A DNA stretch of 64,000 bases, taken from assembly GCF_009796825.1 (NCBI RefSeq), contig NZ_CP047030.1, forward strand, positions 1,344,070 through 1,408,069, in the 5' to 3' direction. The notes below the pieces were generated by a model, which did no database searches, was not told where the DNA came from, and saw only the letters and a list, made by a program, of their open reading frames with translations. This DNA is from Algibacter sp. L3A6 (GTDB lineage Bacteria > Bacteroidota > Bacteroidia > Flavobacteriales > Flavobacteriaceae). Numbering within the stretch: position 1 is the stretch's first letter; each line of letters opens with the position of its first letter. The position numbers were made by a program, and so were the translations under genes. Shown piece after piece: positions 9,801-19,831 of this stretch.

Positions 9801-12800
9801 GTGTTGCAGACCTTATAGATTTAGATAACGATAACGACGGTATACCTAATGTCGTTGAGTTAGGATATGTTGATGATAATTTTGATGCTACAGTATATAA
9901 TGATGTTACAAATCCATGGATAGATGCTAACGGAAATGGGATGCATGATGTTTATGAAGGTTTGACTGCGCTAGATAGTGATGGGGACGGAATACCAAAT
10001 CATATGGATTTAGATAGTGATAATGACGGTATTTTTGATAGTGTGGAATATAATGGTTTAGGAGATATTGATATTAATGGAGATGGTGTTGGAGATGGTA
10101 CAGATTATCAAGACACAATAGTTAATAATACTACGGATGATCCAGATGGAGATGGTATTTTGCCATCTGTGGATGATAATGATACAGATGTTGATGGTAC
10201 TTCAGACATAGATCATGGAACATTTAATTATGATGTTCCTTTGGATACGGATGGAGATGGTGTTGCTGACTATTTAGATGTAGATAGTAATGATGCTACA
10301 AATAATACAACCAACGGAAGTGATATAGACACAACACAAATTTACGCCCATTTAGATACCGATAACGACGGTGTTATTGATGGCTCTACCGATACAGATG
10401 GTGATGGAATTCTTGATGCTTTTGATACTGATAATACTGTTTTCGGTTCACCAAGAGACTTAAGCGATAGCCACACTCTTTTCTTCGATGGACGTAATGA
10501 TTATGTAGAAGATGCTAACGTAATAAATGGTTGGGCAAATGCTACCCTTATGGCATGGATTAAAATTGAACCAGGAGCAACCGGTGATCGTGTTGTTGTT
10601 GGCCAAAATAGTTTTAATATTATGGTAACTAATGGTGGTCGTTTAAAAGTTGAAACCAACAGTATTAGCTTAGAAGGAGATTCTGCTTTACCTGAAAATA
10701 TTTGGGTACATGTTGGAGCAACCTATAATAGCGCTACAAGCAGTTTTGTTATTTATGTAAATGGTCATCCTCTTAAAAGTACAAGTGTATCTGGATCTTT
10801 AGCTTCGGATGCCACTAACTTTACCATAGGAAGAACACCAAATACAGACACCCGCTATTTTGAAGGAGAAATAGATGAAGTACGTTTATTCAATGAAGCT
10901 TTAAGTGAAACTTCATTCCAAAGAATGGTTTATCAAGAATTGAGCGATACTAATTTTAATCAAGGCGCCATAGTTCCCTTAAATATTGATGCCGCAAACA
11001 CATTTAACACATCTCTAGTTAGGTATTTTAAAATGGATACTTTTAAAGGAGATATTGTAGATGACGCCACAACATTAACTATCGATGTTGGCACAGGAGC
11101 AAGGCTATATAACATCAAAAACATTTACTTTCAAACCGCACCATTACCTTATGAGACTAAAGCTGCAGGGACTTGGAACTTAACAAACACATGGCTACAC
11201 GGTGATGTTTGGGATATTGACGCTGAAGCAACCAATCAAGATTGGTCTATAGTACATGTTAAACACAGTCTAACAACCGCAACTAGACATGCAACAGCTG
11301 GTTTAATAGTTGATGCTGGTGTTGAATTATCAATACAAAGTGATGTTGAACTTAACAACTCTTGGTACTTAAACCTAGCTGGAATTATCGATTTAGAAGG
11401 TGAATCTCAATTAATTCAAACAGAAGAAAGTGTTTTAGAAGCTACAGGTTCTATAGAAAGAGATCAACAAGGTACCGAAAACTTATATACTTATAATTAT
11501 TGGTCTTCTCCAGTACATACCTCAAACCCAAATTCTGATATTGATGGAGATGAAACTTACACTGTTGCAAGTATTTTAAGAGATGGTGAAGATGCTAACA
11601 ATCCCGGATCTATTAGTTTTGTAGGTGGTTATGATGGTAATAACACAACCTCTCCAATACAAATAGCAGACTACTGGATTTGGAAATACTCAAATAACCA
11701 AAGTGACAACTATAGCTTATGGGAACATGTAGGCAGCACTAATCCTATAAAAGTTGGTGAAGGTTACACCATGAAAGGCCCAGGAACCGGATCTGTTAGT
11801 ACAGATAAAAACTACGTATTTCAAGGCACTCCAAATAATGGAGACATACTTCTACCTATTACAGCAGGTAACGATTACCTAATAGGAAATCCATACCCTT
11901 CGGCTATTGATGCTGATATATTCATAAATGACAACTTAGATTCAGCTGGTGGAGCTTTAAATGGCACTCTTTATTTTTGGGAACATTTTGGAGGTGGTTC
12001 GCATATATATAGAGAATATCAAGGTGGCTATGGAACTTATAATCTTTCAGGAGGAGCACCGGCAATTGCGGGGTCTCACACAGCTTCCGATCCCGTTGTT
12101 AGCGGTTTAGGAACAGGAACTAAAACACCAACAAAAAACATTCCTGTTGGGCAAGGGTTCTTTGTAACAGCAACATCAAGTACAGATATTAAATTTAACA
12201 ACAACCAACGTACATTTGCTACAGAAACAAACAGTAGCACCTCTATATTTCTGAGAGGAACAGCTCAAAAAACTACAATAGCTACAACAGACTCGAGCTT
12301 AGAAGATTTACGTACCAAATTACGTTTAAACTACAACTCCCCTAACGGCTATATACGTCAATTATTAACAACAATAGACGAAAACGCAACTATACAAAAC
12401 GACAGAGGTTATGATGCGCCTTTAATTGAAGACAATGAAGAAGATATGTTCTGGACTATTGGCGACAACAGTTTTGTAATTCAAGGTATAGATGAAGCTA
12501 CTGAAACAACCGCATTACCACTTTCTGTAAAAACACAAACAGCTGGTGAAGTTGTAATTAGTTTAGCAGAATTAAAATACCCTACGGACGGTTTTGAATT
12601 ATACTTAAAAGATAATTTAACGCAAACGTATCACGATTTATTAGAAAACTCAAGCTACACCACTTCAGTTGAAGAAGGTATTACTGCTAATAGATTTGAA
12701 ATTGTTTTCGCTAAACCTACAAATACTTTAGGTATTTCAGATAATGAGATTACTCAAGGCGCTGTTAGTATGTATTACAATCCTTCAGATGCCGCAATAC

Positions 12801-12994
12801 ATATTACCAATCCTGATAATTTTTCAATTGAAAACATCACAGGTACTAATATTTTAGGACAAAATGTATTGAGCGAACTGCTTAATTCTTCTGATAAAAA
12901 TATAACCTTACCTGCTAATTTAACTTTAGGTGTTTATATTTTTACTATTGAAACAGACCATTCTACAATTACAAAAAAAATGATAATTAAATAA
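6881..12994 (+). CDS. giant (~2038 aa) multidomain cell-surface protein, T9SS type-A CTD cargo (GEVED x2, Ig/HYR-like, FN3, choice-of-anchor-D-like, thrombospondin type-3 Ca-binding repeats, LamG, MAM-like module)
   Basis: ORF 6812..12994; the ATG at 6881 sits before signal peptide [36 protein letters not shown]-type motifs [17 protein letters not shown] and [18 protein letters not shown]. Many DxDxDGxxDxxDxD repeats. LamG-like block [12 protein letters not shown]…[33 protein letters not shown] matches the MAM-like motif of the flanking paralogs. C-terminal [22 protein letters not shown] = Por_Secre_tail. Confidence 0.8.
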   Translation: MEKIYSYLPSVLKNTMAIALCLFSFNFINAQCIPNNIGSNAQFYISNVSIESINNASNSSAANYEYYSTPTVDLVNGFTYPMVVDFATGSYNTSGLAVWIDFNHDGDFEDAGEQIYSGTMTPTVNTGSHSFSLTIPVSATVGVTRMRLSLRHNGVSSGPCTNDYQAGEFEDYNVNIGSSSAPPTAVCQNLTISLGSNNSASIVPSDIDNGSSDDNAIATYALDLDTFDCSNIGDNAVTLTVTDADGQTATCTSTVTVNSYSGALIAPTLADVTASCSYAVPTPADLSYSCVAVTPVFDSSTSGSTTFTNDGTITWLYDDGAGNTDTVTQNVYINLVAPSNILVSSITQTSATIVWDDALGDQTYSVRYKESGTLLWTTIAVTTNTLNLTGLTDLTNYDVEVATVCSINISNYSATYNFTTLPVNNACEPTSNSNGQYYITNVYLPGENLTEINNTSGDDGGYGEYTATPSVDLIRGQNYTMELSVSNHMATENRSGWAVYIDLNGDGNLESSELVWDSSGEDNSLSNTDNTFDPATITIPVTAGLGKVVMRVGTRRYWFSDNPCGTLDGHYEEFEDYIVNIKSDATAQEIDLYGNGFGIVSGATMTSTDNYTDFGIYDVYSGAVTRTYVIENTGIADLVLQAPYVSVSGSTAFTVAAQPVLTTLTPGESTTFTIDFNPDVIGAYTGVISILSNDVDENPFTFTVSGEGAQTFPDTDGDGVPDNIDIDDDNDGLTDNYESSICNSYSNASTADVVFLNETFGAGTNRIQINGNYAGATTTYCYEDGSGSCPSTYDSTSVNDGDYTVHHTVTNNNGVTEGIDVDVSAWAEDYWYAGVDHTLGDVNGRMAIFNAAADPGVFYSQEISGITIGVPIQFGFYAINLDRTDAPSVSGRPKPEVSITIYDNLGNQIATESSGLINPTSPAGDWVEVSASFTSSVSQFTVVLTNSQSGGSGNDLAIDDIFVKQTFCDLDGDGVADLIDLDNDNDGIPNVVELGYVDDNFDATVYNDVTNPWIDANGNGMHDVYEGLTALDSDGDGIPNHMDLDSDNDGIFDSVEYNGLGDIDINGDGVGDGTDYQDTIVNNTTDDPDGDGILPSVDDNDTDVDGTSDIDHGTFNYDVPLDTDGDGVADYLDVDSNDATNNTTNGSDIDTTQIYAHLDTDNDGVIDGSTDTDGDGILDAFDTDNTVFGSPRDLSDSHTLFFDGRNDYVEDANVINGWANATLMAWIKIEPGATGDRVVVGQNSFNIMVTNGGRLKVETNSISLEGDSALPENIWVHVGATYNSATSSFVIYVNGHPLKSTSVSGSLASDATNFTIGRTPNTDTRYFEGEIDEVRLFNEALSETSFQRMVYQELSDTNFNQGAIVPLNIDAANTFNTSLVRYFKMDTFKGDIVDDATTLTIDVGTGARLYNIKNIYFQTAPLPYETKAAGTWNLTNTWLHGDVWDIDAEATNQDWSIVHVKHSLTTATRHATAGLIVDAGVELSIQSDVELNNSWYLNLAGIIDLEGESQLIQTEESVLEATGSIERDQQGTENLYTYNYWSSPVHTSNPNSDIDGDETYTVASILRDGEDANNPGSISFVGGYDGNNTTSPIQIADYWIWKYSNNQSDNYSLWEHVGSTNPIKVGEGYTMKGPGTGSVSTDKNYVFQGTPNNGDILLPITAGNDYLIGNPYPSAIDADIFINDNLDSAGGALNGTLYFWEHFGGGSHIYREYQGGYGTYNLSGGAPAIAGSHTASDPVVSGLGTGTKTPTKNIPVGQGFFVTATSSTDIKFNNNQRTFATETNSSTSIFLRGTAQKTTIATTDSSLEDLRTKLRLNYNSPNGYIRQLLTTIDENATIQNDRGYDAPLIEDNEEDMFWTIGDNSFVIQGIDEATETTALPLSVKTQTAGEVVISLAELKYPTDGFELYLKDNLTQTYHDLLENSSYTTSVEEGITANRFEIVFAKPTNTLGISDNEITQGAVSMYYNPSDAAIHITNPDNFSIENITGTNILGQNVLSELLNSSDKNITLPANLTLGVYIFTIETDHSTITKKMIIK

Positions 12995-13026
12995 TTAAAA
13001 AAACTTACACCAATAGATTAAATAGG

Positions 13027-13062
13027 AAAACCTCAATACCGATTAGTATTGAGGTTTTTTAA
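13027..13062. terminator. bidirectional rho-independent terminator between convergent T9SS cargo genes
   Basis: AAAACCTCAATAC-CGATTAG-TATTGAGGTTTTTT perfect hairpin with flanking A/T runs. Confidence 0.7.
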
Positions 13063-15351
13063 CTAACGTTTTAAAGTGAAATGCCCCGTAAGTTTTTGCC
13101 CATCTATTATTACCACATACCAATAATCTCCGGTAGGAACATGTCTATTTTTAAAAGTACCGTCCCAATCAAAAGAGCCATTTCTACTAAATTTTAATAA
13201 TTTACCGTAACGATCAAAAATAGATACTTGCGATTTACCATACGCTTCAATACCAGATAAACGGAAGCTATCATTAACAGCATCATTATTAGGGGTGAAA
13301 AATTTAGGAATATAAAAATGCAGGTATTCCTGACTAACAATATCCGAACAGTTTTGAGATTTTACATAAATGGTATAACGTCCGCCTTCAATATTATAAA
13401 ACACAGAATTAGGTTGAAAAATATTCCCATTAATAGAATATAAAAAATTACCAGAGTTTTCAGTTGAAATAACAATATCATTTCCATCAGATGTTACAGA
13501 ATCAATGATTGGTGTTTCCGCAACTGACACATTAAATATTCTTGTCTCATAATTACAAGTACTTCCCGTAATTTCAACAGAATAACTTCCTGATAAAGTA
13601 ATCGAAATGGTTTCTGTTGTTTCACCCGTATTCCAAAGATATAATGGATTAGCAATGCCTGTTTCGGGTTCTAAAATTAAAGTTTCCGAATCGCATAATT
13701 CAAGTTCATTCTCAAAAGTTAATCCGGGTTGATCACCCGAAAGATCCCAAGAACAAGTTGCTGTATTAAAAGTTGCAGTTTCCCAACAGTTTAAAACAGG
13801 CTGAATAGGTTGTGTACCAGTAATATCCCAAACGCAGGTTACATTATTAAACATTGCTGTTTCGTAACAAGCTGGCGTTGGTACTATGGCTTGCGCACCT
13901 ATCACATCCCAAGAACATGTGGTTGTATTAAAAGCAGCAGTTTCCCAACAATCTATCGTAGGTTGAGCTGGCTGTGTTCCCGTGATATCCCAAACACAAG
14001 TTGTATTATTAAATGTTGCAGTTTCGTAACAAGCCGTTATTGGTAATGTCGCTTGAGTTCCTATAACATCCCAAGAACATGTGGTTGTATTAAAGGTAGC
14101 TGTTTGCCAACAGTCTATCGCAGGCTGAGTAGGTTGTGTACCTGTAATATCCCAAACGCAGGTTACATTATTAAATGTTGCGGTTTCGAAACAAGCTGTT
14201 GTTGGTGCTATGGCTTGAGTTCCTGTCACATCCCAAGAACATGTGGTTGTATTAAAAGTAGCAATTTCCCAACAGTCTATTGTAGGCTGAATTGGCTGTG
14301 TTCCTGTTATATCCCAAATACAAGTAGAAGAATTTACAGTTGCCGTTTGCCAACATTCTAAACTAGGCGCAGCAGCTATAGTTGTTACCGTAGCTTGATA
14401 TTCAGTAGAAAACGAAACACATTGTGGATTGTTTAAATTAATAGCGACCTGTGCTATTTTTGCGCGATAAATACTAGTCGTTGAAATAGAAACAGAAAGA
14501 GATGCATTTGTTTCTCCAGCAATATCATTCCAAATAACACCATCAAAGCTTACTTGCCATTGATAAAAATGAGTCTTGTAAACTGAAAAATCTGGTGTGG
14601 CTGTTAATGTTGTATTATAAGGTGTTTCCGTGCTACATAAACTTACAGAATTACTTATTGATGTTCCTGTAGTTATAACGTTATCACCACAAGATTTAAA
14701 TTCAATATCATCAATAGCTAAATCATTTCCGCAGCCACCAACTCCATTATTTATTATTTTTAAAATAACCGTATTTTGCGAAGAAAGCGTTTCAAAAACT
14801 AATCCATATTCCTCCCATTTTGGACTGGATGTTTCCGTTATAGCACCTGTAACACCACTAGCTAACAAATTAGTATCTGTAGCATCCCATATTTCAAAAC
14901 TCACATTAATTGGTATGGTTCCTCCTGTTTGGGTTGAGCAAAAACTATTAGCCTTCACCAAATTTATTAACCATGCAGAAAACTCATATGTTGTATTTTC
15001 ACAAAGCCCTGTAATAGTGGTTTTATAAAATTCACCTGGATCGGTCGCGGCATTTACAATTAAACATTTCCCATTGGAATCTGATAGGGTATGATCTTCT
15101 ATTTGATGCCAATCGAAACCATTAACAATGGTACCATTACGTACGGTATAAAAACCATCACCAGGAAAACCATTAGCATAATTATATGTTGTTACACCAG
15201 AAGGTAGTGAATTATTAGAAGTTCCCGTGCCAAAAGATTCTACAAAAATAGGATCGCCAGAATTACCATTACAAAAGCCAAGTTGGGCCTGCGATTTAGT
15301 AATAACAAAACATGATAGAATTAGCCCTAATATGAGGTTTTTAGTTATAAT
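13063..15351 (-). CDS. secreted MAM-like domain protein with Cys-pair tandem-repeat modules and T9SS type-B CTD (paralog of 1966..3825)
   Basis: Track ORF 13063..14961 starts at an internal TTG. Upstream translation in the same frame (to stop at 15409-15411) is colinear with the paralog N-terminus (SQAQLGFCNGNSGDPIFVESFGTGT…CENTTYEFSAWLINL) including signal peptide NLILGLILSCFVITKSQAQ. No ATG/GTG/TTG in those ~150 codons. The 5' end at 15351 is a proposed ATT/ATA/ATC start. Type-B CTD at C-terminus. Confidence 0.75.
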   Translation of the reverse strand: MITKNLILGLILSCFVITKSQAQLGFCNGNSGDPIFVESFGTGTSNNSLPSGVTTYNYANGFPGDGFYTVRNGTIVNGFDWHQIEDHTLSDSNGKCLIVNAATDPGEFYKTTITGLCENTTYEFSAWLINLVKANSFCSTQTGGTIPINVSFEIWDATDTNLLASGVTGAITETSSPKWEEYGLVFETLSSQNTVILKIINNGVGGCGNDLAIDDIEFKSCGDNVITTGTSISNSVSLCSTETPYNTTLTATPDFSVYKTHFYQWQVSFDGVIWNDIAGETNASLSVSISTTSIYRAKIAQVAINLNNPQCVSFSTEYQATVTTIAAAPSLECWQTATVNSSTCIWDITGTQPIQPTIDCWEIATFNTTTCSWDVTGTQAIAPTTACFETATFNNVTCVWDITGTQPTQPAIDCWQTATFNTTTCSWDVIGTQATLPITACYETATFNNTTCVWDITGTQPAQPTIDCWETAAFNTTTCSWDVIGAQAIVPTPACYETAMFNNVTCVWDITGTQPIQPVLNCWETATFNTATCSWDLSGDQPGLTFENELELCDSETLILEPETGIANPLYLWNTGETTETISITLSGSYSVEITGSTCNYETRIFNVSVAETPIIDSVTSDGNDIVISTENSGNFLYSINGNIFQPNSVFYNIEGGRYTIYVKSQNCSDIVSQEYLHFYIPKFFTPNNDAVNDSFRLSGIEAYGKSQVSIFDRYGKLLKFSRNGSFDWDGTFKNRHVPTGDYWYVVIIDGQKLTGHFTLKR
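13720..14375. repeat. in-frame tandem repeat array, ~8 copies of an 81-bp unit (alternating two subtypes = ~162-bp double unit) inside the T9SS type-B cargo gene
   Basis: Encoded protein repeats CW[QE]TATFNTTTCSWDV[IT]GTQ…/C[FY]ETATFNN[VT]TCVWDITGTQP…; antisense ORFs 13810..14046 and 14053..14361 show the same periodicity. Confidence 0.8.
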
Positions 15352-15524
15352 GATAGCTTTAGTTTTAGTTGTTGTCTTTCTTATTTTAAAAACAATGGTT
15401 CGGCTATATTATAAAAATGATTTGATAAAAGATATATTTATCAGATAAACAAACCTATACAAAAACCATACAAATATGTAAAAGCTAGTATATAAAAGGA
15501 GTTTAAGATTAGAGCAATGAAAAT

Positions 15525-15543
15525 GCCCGAATAAAATTCGGGC
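15525..15543. terminator. hairpin (possible terminator of small minus-strand ORF)
   Basis: GCCCGAATAAAATTCGGGC perfect stem-loop. Confidence 0.35.
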
Positions 15544-15680
15544 ATAACCAACCAAAAATAAAGTTCTATATTAACGTTTTGTCAAGTCAAAAACTAGATC
15601 ATATTTAATTGGGGACAAGTTCAACATGATCTACATGCTGTTTGGGTTGATTAATTTTACGATTTTAAATAGTATAAAAT

Positions 15681-15803
15681 CTACTCGTTTACTATTGCTG
15701 CAATTTTATTTTCAGTTTTTACTATTTCAAAATCAGAAAATAAAACCTGACTCGCTACAAAAGCAAGTGCCGCAAGTAATAAAATACGCTTAAAATTTTT
15801 CAT
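15681..15803 (-). CDS. hypothetical small (40 aa) signal-peptide-like ORF
   Basis: ATG at 15803; MKNFKRILLLAALAFVASQVLFSDFEIVKTENKIAAIVNE; below the ORF-track size cutoff; followed downstream by the hairpin at 15525. Confidence 0.25.
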   Translation of the reverse strand: MKNFKRILLLAALAFVASQVLFSDFEIVKTENKIAAIVNE

Positions 15804-15969
15804 GGTTGAGTAGGTTTTGGTAGATTGGTTATGCTAAATTCAAAAATAATTTCGAAAAAGCAAAGAAAACCATAGAATATCTACACAAAAACTAACTTTA
15901 AATGTATTTCGTCGATAAAATATATTAAAAAAGTAAGAATTAACTTACCATGTAAAATATAACCCCTTA

Positions 15970-17241
15970 CTAATCAATTATTTTGAAACCTGTATAAGAT
16001 TGAAGTACTTCAGGAATTACAATACCTTCTTCTGTTTGGTAATTTTCCAAAATACCAGCAAGAACTCTAGGTAAGGCCAATGAGCTTCCGTTTAAAGTAT
16101 GGGCAAGTTCATTTTTACCTTCAGCATTTTTAAATCGAAGTTTTAATCGGTTTGCTTGAAACGTTTCAAAATTAGATACAGAGGAAATTTCTAACCAACG
16201 GTCTTGTGCTGTAGAAAATAATTCGAAATCAAAAGTTAACGCTGAAGTAAAACCTAAATCTCCACCACAAAGTCTTAAAATCCTATAGGGTAATTTTAAC
16301 TCTTGAAGAATACCTTTAACATGCTCTACCATGCCATCTAATGCCTTATAAGAGTTTGATGGATGTTCTACACGTAAAATTTCAACTTTATCAAACTGAT
16401 GTAGTCTATTTAAACCACGAACATGAGCGCCGTAACTACCAGCTTCACGTCTAAAACAAGGTGTATAACCTGTAATGCCAATAGGTAATTCACTTTCATC
16501 AAGTATAATATCTCTAAAAATATTAGTTCCTGGCACCTCAGCCGTTGGAATTAAGTATAAGTTATCTTCTCCAACGTGGTACATTTGCCCTTCTTTATCT
16601 GGCAATTGCCCCGTTCCAAAACCAGAGGCTTCGTTCACTAAAAGTGGTAATTGATATTCTGTATATCCAGCTGCTGTATTTTTGTCTAAAAAGTAAGCAA
16701 TTAAAGCACGTTGTAAACGCGCTCCTTTACCTTTATATACTGGAAATCCTGCACCTGTAATTTTATTTCCAAGTTCAAAATCTATAATATCATATTTCTT
16801 AGCAAGCTCCCAGTGTGGCAATGCACCATCGTGCAATACAGGAATTTCGCCTTCTTTAAAAATCTCTTCGTTATCATCTTCAGTACTTCCTTTAGGCACC
16901 GTTTCATTAGGTACATTAGGGATTTTATACAGTAATTGCGCTAAAGCTTCTACTGTAGTATTCAACGTATCACTAAATTCTTTTGAAGCCTCTTTTAGTT
17001 GGCTCGTTTTTTCTTTTAAAACATTTGCCTTTTGAGCCTGTCCGGATTTATACAAGTTTCCAATTTCTTTAGAAAGGGAATTCGATTCGGCTAGCGTGTT
17101 GTCTAATTCCGTCTGGATGCGTTTACGATCTTCATCTAGCGCAATAACGTCGTTAATCATGCTGGTGGCGTCGATGTTTCTTTTTTCCAAACGACTAATA
17201 ACCAAATCTTTGTTTTCTTTAATAAAAGGTACTTGTAACAT
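15970..17241 (-). CDS. serS: serine--tRNA ligase
   Basis: 423 aa; N-terminal coiled coil + class II aaRS core (GAGFPVYKG, ...RREAGS...). Confidence 0.95.
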   Translation of the reverse strand: MLQVPFIKENKDLVISRLEKRNIDATSMINDVIALDEDRKRIQTELDNTLAESNSLSKEIGNLYKSGQAQKANVLKEKTSQLKEASKEFSDTLNTTVEALAQLLYKIPNVPNETVPKGSTEDDNEEIFKEGEIPVLHDGALPHWELAKKYDIIDFELGNKITGAGFPVYKGKGARLQRALIAYFLDKNTAAGYTEYQLPLLVNEASGFGTGQLPDKEGQMYHVGEDNLYLIPTAEVPGTNIFRDIILDESELPIGITGYTPCFRREAGSYGAHVRGLNRLHQFDKVEILRVEHPSNSYKALDGMVEHVKGILQELKLPYRILRLCGGDLGFTSALTFDFELFSTAQDRWLEISSVSNFETFQANRLKLRFKNAEGKNELAHTLNGSSLALPRVLAGILENYQTEEGIVIPEVLQSYTGFKIID

Positions 17242-17363
17242 GTGCTGAAAATTTAAGCAACAAATTTAGGGAATTGGGAATTATTTTGAGCCGTTAGTAG
17301 CAACGAATTTCACTAATAAGTTCTAATGCCCTGTTAGTAACAATTAAAAGTAAACAGTGCCAC

Positions 17364-18686
17364 TTACTTAGCTTGTAAATCCGAGCTTAAAATCCAATCG
17401 TTATGCTTAAAGGCACGCCATTCTAAACTTGCCAAATCAATTTTAGAATCTATAAAAAGTTGATACTTCCTGCCGTTTACGCTCACTTTAGAATTTACAT
17501 AAACCGCAATGTCTTCGCCTTTTTCGCGATATTCTTTTTTTAGCCGTTGAGCAAACTGCCACATAACATCTGGCTTGGTGCTTGCCGAGCGTTTTTGTTT
17601 TGCTGTTAAATAATCGTTCAACTTAACAACAAATCGCTTTCCTGTTTTTTTGTTTTCAACAACGTAAGATGTACTGCCGTGCTTAACTCTTAGCATCATG
17701 CGCCAAGATAAACGATGGCCTTCTTCTGTCCAAAGCACATTGTCTTCAATAAAATGATGACGTAACGGTAATGCCATTTGAATTAAAAAATATACTGAAA
17801 ATAACGTTATTAAAAACGTTTTTCTCTTCGGAAGAAGTACTTCACCTTCAACATATAAAGGCTTCTTTTTTAAAAATATGTTCCTAACAGTTTCAGCTTC
17901 AAAAAAGAAAAGGGAAAACGCTAAAGATAAAAAAGGGAAAATTCCGATTTGAAAAACAACAGAATTAAATAAATGAAAAAAGATAGATGCAAAAAACATA
18001 TACTTTCGTGTTGGCTTAAAAAGTAATAACGGAATTATTAACCCATCGAACAAAATACCTCCGTAAGCCAGAAAGTAATGCACTGTTTTTTGCTGAAGCA
18101 ATTCGCCTACTAAAACATAGTTCCTTTTACCTCGCATTAAAAGCTCAATAACCGTAGTATCTAACCAATCGGGATAAAATTTAGCAACCGATGCGTAAGT
18201 GTAAACAATGAGTAATTGCAGTACAAAAACAAACTTACACCATTGTGGCATCGAAAAACTTTTAACGCTGCTATTTTGGTTAGCATCTATGGAAGCATAG
18301 GCATTTGCGGGCATAAAAACCATAATACTACTAAGCAACATTAATAAATAATAATGGTTATTGTATGATGATTTTTGCATTAAATATGTAGCCGACCACA
18401 TAAACGTAAAGGCTATAATACTAAAACGGTATTTATAACCTAGCATAACGCCCAAGGCAAAAATCCCCATGATGCCGTAATAAAAATACATACCGTTTCC
18501 GGGAAGTGGTTGCAACCACTCGAAACCAATAAATGAAAATGTGAATTTTGGTTCTACTAAAGTTTTAGTAATCCAACCTGTAAATATGGCGCCAACCGAT
18601 TCTAAAAAACATAATAATCCAAAAACAATACGAAATACAACAAGTGCCGAATTATCTATATGTTTAAACAACCAATTATTAACCAT
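17364..18686 (-). CDS. HTTM-domain (vitamin K-dependent gamma-carboxylase-like) polytopic membrane protein
   Basis: 440 aa; N-terminal multi-TM region, C-terminal soluble region with LSWRMMLR motif; overlaps ribF by 8 bp (operon). Confidence 0.5.
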   Translation of the reverse strand: MVNNWLFKHIDNSALVVFRIVFGLLCFLESVGAIFTGWITKTLVEPKFTFSFIGFEWLQPLPGNGMYFYYGIMGIFALGVMLGYKYRFSIIAFTFMWSATYLMQKSSYNNHYYLLMLLSSIMVFMPANAYASIDANQNSSVKSFSMPQWCKFVFVLQLLIVYTYASVAKFYPDWLDTTVIELLMRGKRNYVLVGELLQQKTVHYFLAYGGILFDGLIIPLLLFKPTRKYMFFASIFFHLFNSVVFQIGIFPFLSLAFSLFFFEAETVRNIFLKKKPLYVEGEVLLPKRKTFLITLFSVYFLIQMALPLRHHFIEDNVLWTEEGHRLSWRMMLRVKHGSTSYVVENKKTGKRFVVKLNDYLTAKQKRSASTKPDVMWQFAQRLKKEYREKGEDIAVYVNSKVSVNGRKYQLFIDSKIDLASLEWRAFKHNDWILSSDLQAK

Positions 18687-19629
18687 GTAGTTTTTGGATA
18701 TAGTCGCGTGTAAAAATTTTATCTTTTGAAAGTTGTGTTTTTAAAGCCTCAACCGATTCGAATTTTTCTTCATCTCGAATACGCTCTAATAAATTAATTT
18801 GAAGAGTTTTATCATAAAGATCGGCATTAAAATCTAAAAAATGAACTTCAATAGTTTGCTTGCTCCCATTAACTGTTGGGTTCACTCCTATATTCATCAT
18901 ACCATAAACCAACTGGTTATTAATTGTAGCATTTACTATATATGCACCTTGTTTTGGTATCAACTTATAATCTTCTTCAATTTTAATATTTGCTGTTGGG
19001 TAATCGAGTTGCTTCCCCAAACCTTTACCTTTTACTACGCTTCCATTTAGCATAAATGGATAACCTAAATAACTATTGGCTTTGGCAATATCCCCATCTA
19101 TTAAAGCGGTTCTGATTTTTGTAGAACTCACGGAAACATCGTCTATATCTTGAGCCGAAATTTCTTCAACTTCAAAACCAAAGCGCTCTCCAAAAGCTTT
19201 TAAATCGTTAATATCCGCATTTCTATTTCTGCCAAATCGATGATCGTAACCAATAATTACTTTTTTAGCATGTAGCTTATCAACTAGTATTTGTTTTACA
19301 AAATCTTCTGCGGAAAGGCGAGAAAAATCGATTGTGAATTTTTTAACCAATAAATAATCTAAACCTAAAGCCTCCAAAATATCATGACGCTCATCGATTG
19401 TATTTATAAGTTTAATGTTAGAATCTTTTTGCAACACCATACGCGGATGTGGAAAAAAGGTAAGAACCACAGATTTTAACCCTTGTAAATTTCCAGCATT
19501 AATTAACCGCTTTACTATTTTTTGATGTCCAATATGCACACCATCAAAGGTACCAATGGTTACAATGGTATCGTGGTTTTCTATGGCATTTGCAGAATTA
19601 CTTAACTTCAACGTATCAATTTTGCACAA
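18679..19629 (-). CDS. ribF: bifunctional riboflavin kinase / FMN adenylyltransferase
   Basis: 316 aa; IVTIGTFDGVHIGHQKI (nucleotidyltransferase) and C-terminal riboflavin kinase. Confidence 0.9.
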   Translation of the reverse strand: MCKIDTLKLSNSANAIENHDTIVTIGTFDGVHIGHQKIVKRLINAGNLQGLKSVVLTFFPHPRMVLQKDSNIKLINTIDERHDILEALGLDYLLVKKFTIDFSRLSAEDFVKQILVDKLHAKKVIIGYDHRFGRNRNADINDLKAFGERFGFEVEEISAQDIDDVSVSSTKIRTALIDGDIAKANSYLGYPFMLNGSVVKGKGLGKQLDYPTANIKIEEDYKLIPKQGAYIVNATINNQLVYGMMNIGVNPTVNGSKQTIEVHFLDFNADLYDKTLQINLLERIRDEEKFESVEALKTQLSKDKIFTRDYIQKLHG

Positions 19630-19831
19630 ATTTACTTATTAAGTCTGTATTAAACCATTAAAGAAAGCGACTATTTTAAATTAGAAACCAAAGTTGCTCA
19701 TTTAAAAAATAGGTTAAAAGGTAGGGTTTATCGTAATAAATAGAAATATTTAAGTTTCATTCAAAGATTTTTTTGTTATTCCTAACTTAACAACCTATTT
19801 TTATTGTCTATGCTTTTTTAAATTTATAAGA

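Noticed and set aside
13810-14361. Plus-strand ORFs 13810..14046 and 14053..14361 with repetitive Cys-rich translations (IPRTCGCIKSS…)
   Set aside because: They are antisense read-through of the 81-bp tandem repeat array inside the minus-strand T9SS cargo gene. Their periodicity mirrors the repeats, and the sense-frame protein has clear homology context.
13720-14375. Possible CRISPR array, because of the regular direct repeats
   Set aside because: The repeats are contiguous with no unique spacers, lie in-frame within a long ORF, and encode a repeated peptide module. No cas genes are present.
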